Positions 19,668 to 30,167 are shown, counted from the stretch's first letter. The stretch: DNA of 64,000 bases from Spirochaetaceae bacterium (GCA_965224705.1 OZ245056.1:96001-160000); one strand, 5' to 3'. Made by a program: numbers and translations. The notes: generated from the letters alone by a model not told the origin.

Positions 19668-21458
19668 TCACGATAACACCGAAGAATGCAGCGCCAGTTC
19701 CTTGCCGCGAAATCCCACACCCAGTACCAGTATTTTATCGGGCTGCCATTTTTCCCGCACACCAGAGAGGTATTTTTTGACCGCCTCACCATACGCGGTT
19801 TTCGCCAGTCTGTGCAGGGAGGTTTTCCTTTTGCTGTTCCCCTGCTTAAACTCGAAAAGAATGGCTTCCTTTGCCTTACCCCCCTCGGAACCTGTTCGGC
19901 GGACCAATACGATGTCCGGACGACCCATGCCGCATTCGCGGTTGCTTTCCACCGTATATTCACCGCCCAGATAGGTTAAGAGGCCCAGTACCAGGCCGTG
20001 GTAGAAATTCTCCCGCCTTGTTTCCTCCTCGTAGGGCTTTGCCGCTGTGTCGTAAAAGCTGACCATGTTGAACAGTATACGGGCGAGATTCCTCTCTATA
20101 GCGGCGCTATTCATCTCACGGACGCCCTGGATGAAATTCAGAAAGGATTCGTTCACCTCCAGATCTTCTTCCAGCCAGGCCTTGATAACTCTTTCATAGA
20201 CGATTTCCACTTCCAGATTGGGAATGGAAATCCTGTAGGTGATGGATGTGCGGACTTGCTGCCGTTCGCTTGCCTTGAGATAGCCTCCATGAAGCAGAAA
20301 ACTCCACACGGCATCCGGATTTCTTTGAATCTGAGGATAGGCAATGTTGCTCATCACCTCTCTTCGAACTTCCTCCCCCTTGAGGAGTTTTTCGATAGTT
20401 TCCCGGCTGTCCCTCCTGTCCAGCTGCAGCACTTCCTTGATGAGCCTGTTGTCGCTGGTGTTCACCCAGTAGGGCTGAAGACCGTCCTTGATGTTTCTGA
20501 AGTAGCTCACCAGACTCCATGGGTTGTAAATGACCGTATCACCGCCGAAGATGTAGCCGTTGTACCACTGGCGAATGCTGTCCATACTGGATTCCAGTTT
20601 GAAGTGTTTCGCCATGGCTTCCACCTCGGGTTCAGTGAATCCGAAGCAGTTCTTCATGGAGTCATTCAGCACGGTGGATACCGCAGGATTGTTGAAATCG
20701 CTGAATATGCTTTCCTGAGCCACTTTAAGTATGCCGATGACCACGGCCTGCTGCAGGCTGGGATTGTCCTTGAAGGTCTGCACCATGAAGCCGCGGATAA
20801 AGTCAATCATCTGGTCATAGAACCCCCTGGCGTAGGCGGATTGCAGAGGGGTGTCATATTCGTCAAGGAGGATGTAGACTTTTTTTCCGTAGGAACGGTG
20901 GAGCCAGGCGGAGAGATGTGCTATGGATTTAGCATAATCTTCATCCGAACCTTCCCGATGAAGAATGCACTCAAAAAATCTTCTTTCATCGTGTTTAAGA
21001 AGATCATTGTCCAGCAGATAATCATGTCTGCTGAATGCAATTGCAATTAAATCCCTGATCGAATTCAAGTTTTCGTCTCTCGATGTCCCCTTCACATTCT
21101 TGAAACTCAAAGCGATAACCGGATACTGGCCCATATATTTACGGCATTCGGGATGTCCGGTTATAAGAAAGCCATCGAAGAGATAGGCGTTGGGAGCAGT
21201 GGGTTCTGGGTTCTGAGTGGTGGCCTGGCTGGGGGGAGGAGTGTTGAAGTGTGCGGTTTGGGACGGCAGAGGAGATTCGAAGAAGTAGCGGATCATGCTT
21301 AAGTTCAATGTTTTACCGAAACGGCGGGGACGGGTAATCAGATGCACTTCGCTTGGATGGTCAATCAAATATCCGATAAGATGGGTTTTATCGACAAAAT
21401 AGCAGTCGTTGTCGATGTATTTCTTGAAATCACTAATGCCCTGTTCCAGTTTTTTCAT
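19668..21458 (-). CDS. AAA-ATPase-like protein with C-terminal PD-(D/E)XK nuclease domain
   Basis: GISDF..YFVDKT, TRPRRFGKTL, LLDEYDTP, WYNGY, YNPWS, SNRECGMGRPDI..FEFK. Start set at MKKLEQG. Confidence 0.9.
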   Translation of the reverse strand: MKKLEQGISDFKKYIDNDCYFVDKTHLIGYLIDHPSEVHLITRPRRFGKTLNLSMIRYFFESPLPSQTAHFNTPPPSQATTQNPEPTAPNAYLFDGFLITGHPECRKYMGQYPVIALSFKNVKGTSRDENLNSIRDLIAIAFSRHDYLLDNDLLKHDERRFFECILHREGSDEDYAKSIAHLSAWLHRSYGKKVYILLDEYDTPLQSAYARGFYDQMIDFIRGFMVQTFKDNPSLQQAVVIGILKVAQESIFSDFNNPAVSTVLNDSMKNCFGFTEPEVEAMAKHFKLESSMDSIRQWYNGYIFGGDTVIYNPWSLVSYFRNIKDGLQPYWVNTSDNRLIKEVLQLDRRDSRETIEKLLKGEEVRREVMSNIAYPQIQRNPDAVWSFLLHGGYLKASERQQVRTSITYRISIPNLEVEIVYERVIKAWLEEDLEVNESFLNFIQGVREMNSAAIERNLARILFNMVSFYDTAAKPYEEETRRENFYHGLVLGLLTYLGGEYTVESNRECGMGRPDIVLVRRTGSEGGKAKEAILFEFKQGNSKRKTSLHRLAKTAYGEAVKKYLSGVREKWQPDKILVLGVGFRGKELALHSSVLS

Positions 21459-21465
21459 GCTGCGT

Positions 21466-21495
21466 ATTATAGTGGGAAAAAGAGAAAGAGGACAA
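21466..21495 (-). promoter_or_regulatory. Sigma70-like promoter directly abutting the start codon
   Basis: Minus strand TTGTCC-N18-TATAAT-N7-ATG with no Shine-Dalgarno. Confidence 0.55.
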
Positions 21496-21521
21496 GAAGC
21501 AGTAGGCTGAACACACTCTAA

Positions 21522-21675
21522 GAGTCTGTCGGATTTTAAGACTTCAAGGCGATTTTTGATGATTTTTTCCTGATGCAAGGCGACAAAAACTCAAGCGTAG
21601 CTGGGCTCCGTGAGTATTTTGGCAACGCAGCAGCAGGGGGAGAATCGAGCCGTGAGGCGTAAGTCCGACAGATTC
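21522..21675. mobile_element. MITE family A, copy 2 (inverted relative to copy 1)
   Basis: GAGTCTGTCGGA...GTCCGACAGATTC; body aligns with the reverse complement of 10661-10821. Confidence 0.85.
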
Positions 21676-21774
21676 CTGGGTCTGGGGAATTTCTGTTGAC
21701 GGCTCGCTTTTTCCATGATAGGATAAATTGTTCTCCATAGGAGAAGCCAATCTGTAATTATATGGAGAGAGGAA

Positions 21775-23193
21775 ATGGGTTCAGCACTGATTGTTACTAT
21801 TGTGGTACTCTACCTGCTCATCATGATGGGTGTGGGGTATATGGCCAGCCGGAGGGTCAGTTCCTCATCCGACTTTGCCCTGGCCGGGCGCAATCTGGGG
21901 CCCTGGCTGATAGCGGGGACGCTGGCGGCCACCAACATCGGCGGGGGTACCTCCCTGGGGATTACGGAGAAGGCGTTTGGGCAGTGGGGATCTTCTGCCA
22001 TCTGGTATGTCATTACAGCGGCTATCGCCTTCATTGTTCTAGCCTGGATCGCTCCCAAATTGAGGAGCACCATGTCGGTTACCATATCGGACTACTTTAA
22101 AAAGCGTTACGGTCCTGCCAACAGTCTGGTGACAGCCGTAGTGATGTCCCTCCCCATGATCGGGTTGACAGCGGTTCAAATCATCGCCTCCTCAACGATC
22201 CTCTCGGTGATGACCGGGTGGTCCTACCCTCTTTCAGTCATTGTGGTTACCATTGTTGTGACAATCTATTCCGTTATGGGAGGGCTCTGGGGAATCGCCT
22301 TCACCGACTTTATACAGGCCGCTCTCATTCTGGGGGGAACCCTGCTGGCCGTCCCCTTTGCGATGCAGACCGCCGGAGGGTGGGAGCAGGTCAAGGAGTT
22401 TCTCCCTGCGGAAAAGCTCTCCCTTGTGGAGGGGATCGGAATCAAAACCATCATCTCCCTGACACTGATGTATATCGCCTCCTTTGCGGTGGGACCTGAG
22501 GTTATTCAGCGCTACTACGGGGGACGGGATGAGAAGGCGGTCCGGCAAGGTTCAATTCTGGGCGGGGTTATCTGTATCGCCTACGCCGCCTTTCCGGCCC
22601 TTCTGGGATTGATCGCCTTCAGCATGGTGGAGCAGGGGATGATTGATACAAGCCTGATCACCTCCCACGGTACCCGCTATATTCTGCCGGTTCTGGCGGT
22701 ACAGACCATGCCCCCCGTTCTTGTGGGGCTCCTTTTTGCCGCCCTGATTTCGGCCACCATGTCCAGTGCCGACTCGGATATGCTGGCAGCGGGAACCATC
22801 ATCTCAACCGATATCTACAAGGCTTTCATCAAAAAGGATGCCACCGATGCCCAGCTCCTGGGCATGAACCGAATCATCATGATCCTCTGCGGGCTCCTCT
22901 CCATGGGAATCGCCCTCTCCAATACCGGGAACATCATCACCATTCTGATGTTCAGTTTCTCCCTGAGAGCGGGAGGTGTCTTTATCCCCTATATCGTGGG
23001 ACACTACTGGAACAGGCCGGGGGCGGTCTCCAGTATGGCCAGCCTGATCGTGGGGAGCGCTACGGTGATCCTCTTCCAGCAGATAGAAGGGTTAAACTTT
23101 TTCGGTCTGGATCCTGTGGTCCCGGGAGTGGTTTTCAGTGCGATTATCTTCTTTTTACTGAATGCTCTTCTTAAGGGATATTCTGAAAAGTAG
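21775..23193 (+). CDS. Sodium:solute symporter (SSS family)
   Basis: DFALAGR, ATNIGGG, YSVMGGL...FTDFIQ, SATMSSADS. Confidence 0.92.
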   Translation: MGSALIVTIVVLYLLIMMGVGYMASRRVSSSSDFALAGRNLGPWLIAGTLAATNIGGGTSLGITEKAFGQWGSSAIWYVITAAIAFIVLAWIAPKLRSTMSVTISDYFKKRYGPANSLVTAVVMSLPMIGLTAVQIIASSTILSVMTGWSYPLSVIVVTIVVTIYSVMGGLWGIAFTDFIQAALILGGTLLAVPFAMQTAGGWEQVKEFLPAEKLSLVEGIGIKTIISLTLMYIASFAVGPEVIQRYYGGRDEKAVRQGSILGGVICIAYAAFPALLGLIAFSMVEQGMIDTSLITSHGTRYILPVLAVQTMPPVLVGLLFAALISATMSSADSDMLAAGTIISTDIYKAFIKKDATDAQLLGMNRIIMILCGLLSMGIALSNTGNIITILMFSFSLRAGGVFIPYIVGHYWNRPGAVSSMASLIVGSATVILFQQIEGLNFFGLDPVVPGVVFSAIIFFLLNALLKGYSEK

Positions 23194-23236
23194 CCCTGTG
23201 GTCTGCATCAAAAACAGCCCGATTTGTAACGGCTCG

Positions 23237-23266
23237 GGAAGGCCCCCCTGGGGGGCCCTCCTTTTT
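23237..23266 (+). terminator. Probable intrinsic terminator
   Basis: GC-rich stem ggccccc/gggggcc followed by a T run, downstream of the SSS gene. Confidence 0.6.
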
Positions 23267-23699
23267 GAGGGAGAGATAGAGATTCCTCAAACGCCTCCGA
23301 CATTCCCTTTACTCCAGCAGAGATCATTTTTCTCAAAAAACATAAAAGATGGACGTCCCTACAAGGAGACACAGGAGTTTTCAATTAATTCGACGATCGA
23401 CTAGAACGGCCCCTGCTTCAACCGATATCCGCTCAGTTAGATCAACACCGTATGCTTCAGGATCTTCTCCCAGAATATTGATTGGAGATTCTTTCAGGTC
23501 GCTTTCGAACCATCACAAAACTTCTTCCATTGCTCTCTGGAGCCTTTTGTAGTGAACATCAAAAAATCAAAGAAGATCAATACAGATGATTTGCAGTCAG
23601 TTGATAAAGCTATTCAAATCCGATGTCCTTACATGCTTGCTTCCACAGTGCCCACCCCGCCACTTGAACACATTGCTCTCAATCTACCATCGCCAATGG

Positions 23700-24473
23700 G
23701 CATAGGGACAGCAGAACTTCAGTACTTTGAGTACCAGATTAGCCGGAAGACGGGATACAGGTGATTGAACCGCTTCCTCGAAGAAGACTCACATGGTCTG
23801 GAGGATCGTTCCCGTCGTCCGCACAGCCGTCCTGATCAACTTGATGAATCAGCCGTGTACCGAATCGTTCGATTAAAGAAGAGCCGCCTGCGTTGGGGAA
23901 CAAAGAAAATCCATGCCCTGTCTATTCAGAAGTATCCCGATCATGTTTCATTAAGCAGTGTAAAAAAGTCCTGAAGAACAGCGGCTCTGTTGAGGAAAGG
24001 AAACGGCATAAACATTTGCACCGCAGAGAATCTCAGAACATCATCCTGTGCAGGCTCCAAACGATGTGTGGACGGTTGATTTCAAAACAGCTGTGACGCA
24101 GGGAATTCAGCACCGTCAGGCCTCATGAAAAACTGGTATGAAAACTCCGGACAGTGTGTACGGCAAATCCTCCAGAGTGTATCCCCGGAAGAGTGTGAGA
24201 TTGAGAACCCGCAAGCTCTCCCGGCATGGGTATATGAAGCTGGATCGGCAGGCGATTGATACCGGCAGCGTTCTGGCCGGGGTAACAGTTGGAATCACTG
24301 ATCTTGATGAATCGCATTTCTGGTTCATTTTGATTATATTGAGTTGGGATTGATCGGAAGAGATACGTACTGTTTCAATCCGTTCAATCAGAAGAATTTG
24401 CTCCCTCAAAAAGTGGGGGGGTGATGCCTCTTCTGAACCCTGAAAAGTGTTACCTATGTCCTGAACCCGTACC
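23700..24473 (+). mobile_element. Degenerate IS481-family element
   Basis: Fragments SRKTGY, GLEDRSRRPH, WGTKKI and NDVWTVDFK; end sequence aaaagtgttacctatgtcctgaacc. Confidence 0.75.
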
Positions 24474-24626
24474 ACTCTCTATCTGTTGCTATGAATACGA
24501 GTTAAAGAACTTGCAAGACTGGATTTAGTACAACTCTTACGGAGTAATTAAGTATAGATGACAACTTGACTCAAACGGGATAGATAATATACCATAGGTA
24601 TATAAATATTCCCGTGGAGGATTCAA

Positions 24627-25769
24627 TTGGAAAAACAGTACCATTTAAGACTTGATGAAACTGTTATGAAGCAGGTTAAAATAACCGCCGCTTTACGGAA
24701 CATGACCGTGAAGGAGTATATTTCCAAAGCGATACTGGAGTCACTTAATGTTTCCAAAGTCGCAAGAATTACGCCTGAATATGGGAATTACGCTTTTTGT
24801 TTTATCGATCTTTTTGCGGGAATCGGAGGGTTGAGAATCGCTTTTGAAAGAACAGGGGGGAAATGCGTATTTTCTTCTGAATACAATAAGTTTTCCCAGG
24901 AGACCTATGCCGCTAATTTTCTGGAAATGCCTGAAGGCGATATTACTCAGATTAATGAGAGGCACATACCGGATCACGACATCCTTGTCGCTGGTTTTCC
25001 CTGCCAACCCTTTTCCATTGCCGGAGTGTCAAAGAAAAAAAGTCTGGGGAAATCCCATGGATTTCTTGATAAAACGCAGGGAACACTGTTTTTTGATATA
25101 GTAAGAATTCTACGACATAAAAGACCGTCGGCTTTCCTGTTGGAAAATGTTAAAAATCTCACCTCGCACGATAAAGGAAACACCTTTCAGATTATAAGCG
25201 AAACGCTTCACAATCTTGGTTATGAGATATTTTATCAGGTGCTTGACGGTAAGTATTACACACCCCAGCACCGGGAGCGGATTTTTATCGTTGGGTTTGA
25301 TAGAATGTTATACGGAAATAACATCCCGTTTGTTTTTCCCGATATTCCCAAAATGACTCCCAGACTGAAAGATATTCTGGAAAAGAGAGTAGACCCAAAG
25401 TATACATTGACTGATCATCTATGGGACTATCTACAAAGATACGCAGAAAAACATAAAAAGAAAGGGAACGGTTTTGGATTCGGCATGGCCGATCTAAACG
25501 GAGTAACCAGAACATTGAGTGCACGGTACTATAAAGACGGATCGGAGATACTCATTCCACAAAGAGGTAAAAACCCCCGAAGACTGACACCGAGAGAATG
25601 CGCCCGATTGCAGGGATTCCCCGACGATTATAAAATTGTAGTCTCCGATACGCAAGCGTATCGGCAGTTCGGTAATTCTGTTGTCGTGCCTCTTGCGTGT
25701 GAAGTTGCAGAGAAGTTAGTCAATATTATGGATATGGAAAATGTTCATAAAGGGATGGTTTCACTATGA
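24627..25769 (+). CDS. C5-cytosine DNA methyltransferase, Dcm/M.EcoRII-like, with N-terminal ribbon-helix-helix-like extension
   Basis: FIDLFAGIGG, GFPCQPFS, LENVKNL, PQHRERI, RTLSARYYKDGSEIL, QFGNSV. Confidence 0.93.
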   Translation: MEKQYHLRLDETVMKQVKITAALRNMTVKEYISKAILESLNVSKVARITPEYGNYAFCFIDLFAGIGGLRIAFERTGGKCVFSSEYNKFSQETYAANFLEMPEGDITQINERHIPDHDILVAGFPCQPFSIAGVSKKKSLGKSHGFLDKTQGTLFFDIVRILRHKRPSAFLLENVKNLTSHDKGNTFQIISETLHNLGYEIFYQVLDGKYYTPQHRERIFIVGFDRMLYGNNIPFVFPDIPKMTPRLKDILEKRVDPKYTLTDHLWDYLQRYAEKHKKKGNGFGFGMADLNGVTRTLSARYYKDGSEILIPQRGKNPRRLTPRECARLQGFPDDYKIVVSDTQAYRQFGNSVVVPLACEVAEKLVNIMDMENVHKGMVSL

Positions 25770-26935
25770 AATCAAACGTAGAAACCACTATTGAAAAATG
25801 TATTGAGAAAAGACATTTTTTTTGCAAATTCATTACGGGGAATGAAGCTGGAACGACAGGAAGCCATCAAGCAGGATTTTATATACCGAAAGAATCAAGC
25901 GATTTTTTTATGAAAAAGAAGGGACAGAAAGGTTCAAATATAGACAGTTACATCAAAGTAAACTGGTCAGATTACAAAGAGACGGAGAGCCGGGTTATCT
26001 ATTATGGAACGGGAACAAGAAATGAATATCGTTTAACCCGTTTTGGAAAAGGCTTTCCTTTCCTGAATGATGAAAATGTCGGCGATCTCTTCATTCTCAT
26101 CCCGGAAGAGGAACATCACTACTACTCCGCATTTGTCTTGAATACGGAGTATGATATAGATTATTTTCTTGATAGTTTCAACCTATCGCCAACCGATACG
26201 AACAGAGTTATCGCCCTTTTTCCTGAGGAAGGTTCACTCCAGCTCTCCGATATCATTAGTCCCTTTTTACGGAACTTAACCAACTTTCCGAATACGATGG
26301 AGATGGCACGGATAGCACAGGATATAGCGAAGAAATATCATCCTCAAAAAGGAATATGTTCTCTGAAAGATACACCGGACAATCAGCTACTGTGCTGGAT
26401 TTTCGTAGAATATGAACTCTTTAAATCTCTAGAGAATAAGCTGTACAAAAAATATACACAAGAAACTTTTGCAAGTGTCAGCCTGTTGATAAAGACGGCC
26501 AATTCCATCTTGAATAAACGTAAAAGTCGTGCCGGTCGATCTCTTGAACACCACTTACGGAATCTATTTACAGATAACGATCTCAGATTTACATGGCAAG
26601 CCGTAACCGAAGGACGGAAAAAGCCGGATTTCATATTCCCTGAGATCACCTATTATTTTGATGATGCTTATCTGAAAAATCTAGTATTTCTCGGCGTGAA
26701 ATCCACCTGTAAAGATCGTTGGCGGCAGATATTAAATGAGGCGTATAGAATCCCAACCAAACATCTTTTCACCTTACAACAGGGAATTTCTGAAAATCAA
26801 CTGCATGAAATGGAAGAGGAAAAAGTTCAGCTTGTCGTTCCCAAAGAGTACATATCGACATATCCCAAACTGTATCGTCATAAAATCATGGATTTGAATA
26901 CATTTATCGAGTTTACAAAAGAAAAAACGGCATGA
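25766..26935 (+). CDS. EcoRII-like type II restriction endonuclease (EcoRII-N plus EcoRII-C domains)
   Basis: GSHQAGFYIP; RKSRAGRSLEHH, KPDFIFP, KSTCKDRWRQILNEA; 4-nt overlap with the MTase gene. Confidence 0.9.
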   Translation: MKSNVETTIEKCIEKRHFFCKFITGNEAGTTGSHQAGFYIPKESSDFFMKKKGQKGSNIDSYIKVNWSDYKETESRVIYYGTGTRNEYRLTRFGKGFPFLNDENVGDLFILIPEEEHHYYSAFVLNTEYDIDYFLDSFNLSPTDTNRVIALFPEEGSLQLSDIISPFLRNLTNFPNTMEMARIAQDIAKKYHPQKGICSLKDTPDNQLLCWIFVEYELFKSLENKLYKKYTQETFASVSLLIKTANSILNKRKSRAGRSLEHHLRNLFTDNDLRFTWQAVTEGRKKPDFIFPEITYYFDDAYLKNLVFLGVKSTCKDRWRQILNEAYRIPTKHLFTLQQGISENQLHEMEEEKVQLVVPKEYISTYPKLYRHKIMDLNTFIEFTKEKTA

Positions 26936-26966
26936 CCACCGTTCAGAACATGTTGACAGAAAATCA

Positions 26967-27742
26967 GGCTCTTCCGGGTATCATGTGGAACAAGGCATCA
27001 AATCCATTCCTCCCAAATGGAAGAGATGGCAGTTTTGAACCGCTCTTTATTGCGGTATCCACAAGCTGTTTTTTTGATTCTCTTAAATACGAGCATTCCT
27101 GGCTTTCACCATGCTGTTATTCGCTTTCAAACGAATCGCATTAAGAATACCCCATAAATGTTTTTTAATCATTTTATAAACTGCGATGATGGGATTCAGT
27201 CTGGAATGACTCATTCGATACAGAAGTTTTTTTCATTGTTTTTTTGCAGCTTCCATATAATCTCAGAGAAGTGAAGCGGCTTCTTTAATTTGCCAGGCTC
27301 ATGCCGTCTTAAGATTCATCTCTGTCAGTGCCATGAAATCTTTCCGCCGGGTGCTTCTATTGTCGGTTCTTGAAGAATTTCTCAGCCATTGATGTTTTGA
27401 GTGAATCAATGTGCGAATTCCTTCATTCAGTAATTGCCTATTCTCCTGCAATCGTACCCTGTCAAGTGCTTTACCCGAATGCATTGAGACATGAAACCTG
27501 TCGAAGGCAATTATTTCGGTTCTATTTTCGAAGTGCTTTTTTACCGCACTGATGAAAGGCTCCCACATATCCATGGAAATGCTTCTTAAGGTCTCCATGT
27601 CGAATATTTTTTTCAGTAAACCACTTATTCAATTTTAATGCCTTTCTGTCATCAAAAATATCCATAACACAGTCGTTCTCTTTGTCCAGAAGGACTGTGA
27701 GATATTCATGTCGCTTTTAAACGAAGTTTCATCAATTCCCAG
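26967..27742 (-). mobile_element. Degenerate ISL3-family element
   Basis: GGCTCTT end at 26967; fragments GIDETSF, SMDMWEPF, FDRFHV, KKHLWGILNA and ACGYRN in shifting frames. Confidence 0.85.
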
Positions 27743-28206
27743 GTCTCCCGTATACCCTGGATAGCCATGTATGCCCAGGGCGTAGCCGCCAACAACCCGA
27801 TACTCATCTCATGCCTGTTTAACAATTCTACAAACTCTTTGAAGTCCTGGCTCCACATCCTTATGAAACTCCAGGTATTGCTCCCGCAACAATTCGATGG
27901 CATCCAGTCTTTCCGCGCAGTAGCTGTCATCCATGGAGAAATACTCAGAAAAACATCCGCCAATAATTTTCGATTTTATCGCCGCTCCAATCCATGGCAG
28001 ATTCCATAGATTCTTTGGCTGATAAGTTGAAACACCAACATCATTGGAAATCTTTCTTTTTTGCTTTCCAGGACCTTGCAGGACTAATTGTTTGGGACTA
28101 CACTCTCTTCATAAAGAGGCTCCCCTTTTTGACAAGTTAATCTCATATATACTAATAACTTATCAGAAAAAAACCTTTTTTCCATTGTATTCGTAAGAAT
28201 TTCGGG
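27743..28206 (-). pseudogene. Mosaic of an IS1380 left end and a nucleotidyltransferase-gene fragment
   Basis: End cccgaaattcttacgaat; pieces ECSPKQLVLQG and QRIYGICHG (IS1380-like); QDFKEFVELLNRH/VVGGYALGIHGYP (NTase-like N-terminus). Confidence 0.55.
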
Positions 28207-28222
28207 ATAGGAGAGTCACATA

Positions 28223-28320
28223 ATGACTGAAGATATCAATAAAGTTATCCTGGCAGGACGACCCGGGACGCTGAATTGAAGTATACAAATAGTGGCTTTG
28301 CTATTTCTAAATTCAGTCTA
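28223..28320 (+). pseudogene. ssb: 5' fragment of a single-stranded DNA-binding protein gene
   Basis: AGGAG, then MTEDINKVILAGR / frameshift / TRDAELKYTNSGFAISKFSL. Confidence 0.7.
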
Positions 28321-28899
28321 TTCATATCAGCTTTGCTGTTCCTGGTGATTTCCAGGACAGTTTCGGCCCATCCCCATATGTGGATCCGGGGCCAGGTAAT
28401 CCCCGAACTGGGGCGGAAGGGTTTGGAGTATGTCCGGGTCATCTGGGACATCGACGAACTGACCAGCGCCGCCATCATTCTTGACTACGATACCGACCGG
28501 GACGGTGTCCTGAGTCCGGTCGAAACGGAGACCCTTCGCCGTGGAGCGTTTGAACACCTGATTGAGCAGGAATACTACATGTTCGTGGAAGTCCGGAACA
28601 TGCTTGCCACTCCCGGACGCGCCCGGGACTTCAGTGCCCATATTGAAGACGGCCGTCTTTTCTACGATTTTCGGGTTCCCCTGGAGGTTCCAATCCGATG
28701 GAAAGAAATGGCAGATGTGAGGGTGTTCCTCTTCGACCCGACTTATTTTATTGATTTCCGTCCGGATGATATGAGCGCCATGACCGCATCCTGGAAAGAC
28801 CGGGAGGTCGGTTTCTCCATATCGTCCCACCGCTCTCTGACAATAGGCTACGGCATGGTGGATGTGGTAAGCCTGAGTGCAAACGAGGCAGCCCGCTGA
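28276..28899 (+). CDS. DUF1007-like exported metal-binding protein
   Basis: Signal peptide ending SA-HPHMWI, DTDRDG.LS..E, FDPTYFID; adjacent to a Ni/Co transporter. Confidence 0.8.
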   Translation: MKYTNSGFAISKFSLFISALLFLVISRTVSAHPHMWIRGQVIPELGRKGLEYVRVIWDIDELTSAAIILDYDTDRDGVLSPVETETLRRGAFEHLIEQEYYMFVEVRNMLATPGRARDFSAHIEDGRLFYDFRVPLEVPIRWKEMADVRVFLFDPTYFIDFRPDDMSAMTASWKDREVGFSISSHRSLTIGYGMVDVVSLSANEAAR

Positions 28900-29702
28900 T
28901 GAGCACCCAGACGACCAATCCCTTTACCGGCCAAACCACGGCTTCCACGACGACCATACCTGTGCCGGAGTTCCTGCGGGAATGGGGCTTCCGGCTCCAG
29001 GAATCCATGCTGGAGGCTGCCCGAATGGTGACCGACGACGGCGAAGCCAGAGCCTTCCTGCTGGCCATCTCCATCGCCATCCTGTTCGGTATGGTGCACA
29101 TCATCGGTCCGGGGCACGGTAAACTGTTCACCATCGGTTACTTCGGTTCCCGCCGGGCCAGGCTGCGGGAAGGACTGATCCTCAGTGCGATGGTGAACAT
29201 CCTGGATTCCCTGTCGGCCCTGCTGCTGGTGGGTGTCGCTTACGGAATCCTGTCGGTTTCCCTGAGGGCCGCCGGAGCGGAGGTGGGACGCATCACCCGG
29301 CTGATCGCCTACGCGGCGGTATCAGTACTGGCCCTTTCCCATCTGATCGGTCATATCCGGGGAGGCGGCCATCAACACGAGCCGGTATCTTCCCCGAAAA
29401 CGATGAAACCCTGGATGCTGGCCGTCTCAGTGGGACTCATCCCCTGTCCAGTCTCTTTTGCCATCCTGGCATGGGGCATCGTCAATGGTGTCCTGGGATT
29501 CGCGGCCGTCCTGGTGGTCGGAGTTTCAATAGGCGGCATGATTGCCATGACGGCCTTCAGCCTGGCGCTGATCGGCGGCAAGCAGGGGATGACAGCACTG
29601 ATGGAACGCCGGGGATTCAGCCGCGCCCTGACAGTCTTCGAGTTCGCATCACTGGGATTCCTGTTCGCCGTCGGCGTCCTGATGTTCATCAGTGCGCTCT
29701 GA
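28899..29702 (+). CDS. Nickel/cobalt transporter (RcnA/HoxN-NixA-like)
   Basis: HIIGPGHGK and GLIPCP motifs, short His-containing loop, about 6 TM segments. Confidence 0.85.
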   Translation: MSTQTTNPFTGQTTASTTTIPVPEFLREWGFRLQESMLEAARMVTDDGEARAFLLAISIAILFGMVHIIGPGHGKLFTIGYFGSRRARLREGLILSAMVNILDSLSALLLVGVAYGILSVSLRAAGAEVGRITRLIAYAAVSVLALSHLIGHIRGGGHQHEPVSSPKTMKPWMLAVSVGLIPCPVSFAILAWGIVNGVLGFAAVLVVGVSIGGMIAMTAFSLALIGGKQGMTALMERRGFSRALTVFEFASLGFLFAVGVLMFISAL

Positions 29703-30054
29703 GAATGCTGCTTCGCTGATCCTGTAGGCCTGTCCCTTTCGAGGTTCTCGGAGATGCCCCGGGACAGGGCTGCCACGGACTCCATTTCCGCCCTCAGGAC
29801 TCCCAGTGCCCGGCCGATTCCCGATACAAAGCCGCCGACACTTTGAGAGGCACGGATCAGCGCGTCCATTCGCCGCAGGCTGGTCTCAGAAACCTCGCCA
29901 ATGGCGGTGCTGTTTTCCCTCGATCTGGATTCCGAGGGAAAAAATCCGGCAACTCAGATTATGTTTAATGAAGACGCTTCCGGACTCATTGTATCAGTTT
30001 GACCACGATACGGATTCAGGGGTAAATATTGACCAATCTTTTTAAGCTATGTAC

Positions 30055-30167
30055 AGTGTCTCGAATTCTGTGGAATCGTATTATTCTGCCCTAAAATCCT
30101 TTCAAAAGTGGGGGAAAAACTGCGATTTAGTATCAATTTTAGGAGATTCCACAGAATTCGAGACACT
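30055..30167. mobile_element. 113-bp MITE with perfect 23-bp TIRs (family C)
   Basis: agtgtctcgaattctgtggaatc ... gattccacagaattcgagacact; related end at 35579. Confidence 0.75.

Noticed and set aside
19998..21050. 350-aa plus-strand ORF
   Set aside because: Antisense shadow of the AAA/PD-(D/E)XK gene.
29703..29869. Possible chemoreceptor C-terminal fragment on the minus strand
   Set aside because: Short helical-looking peptide without the conserved MCP signalling motif.
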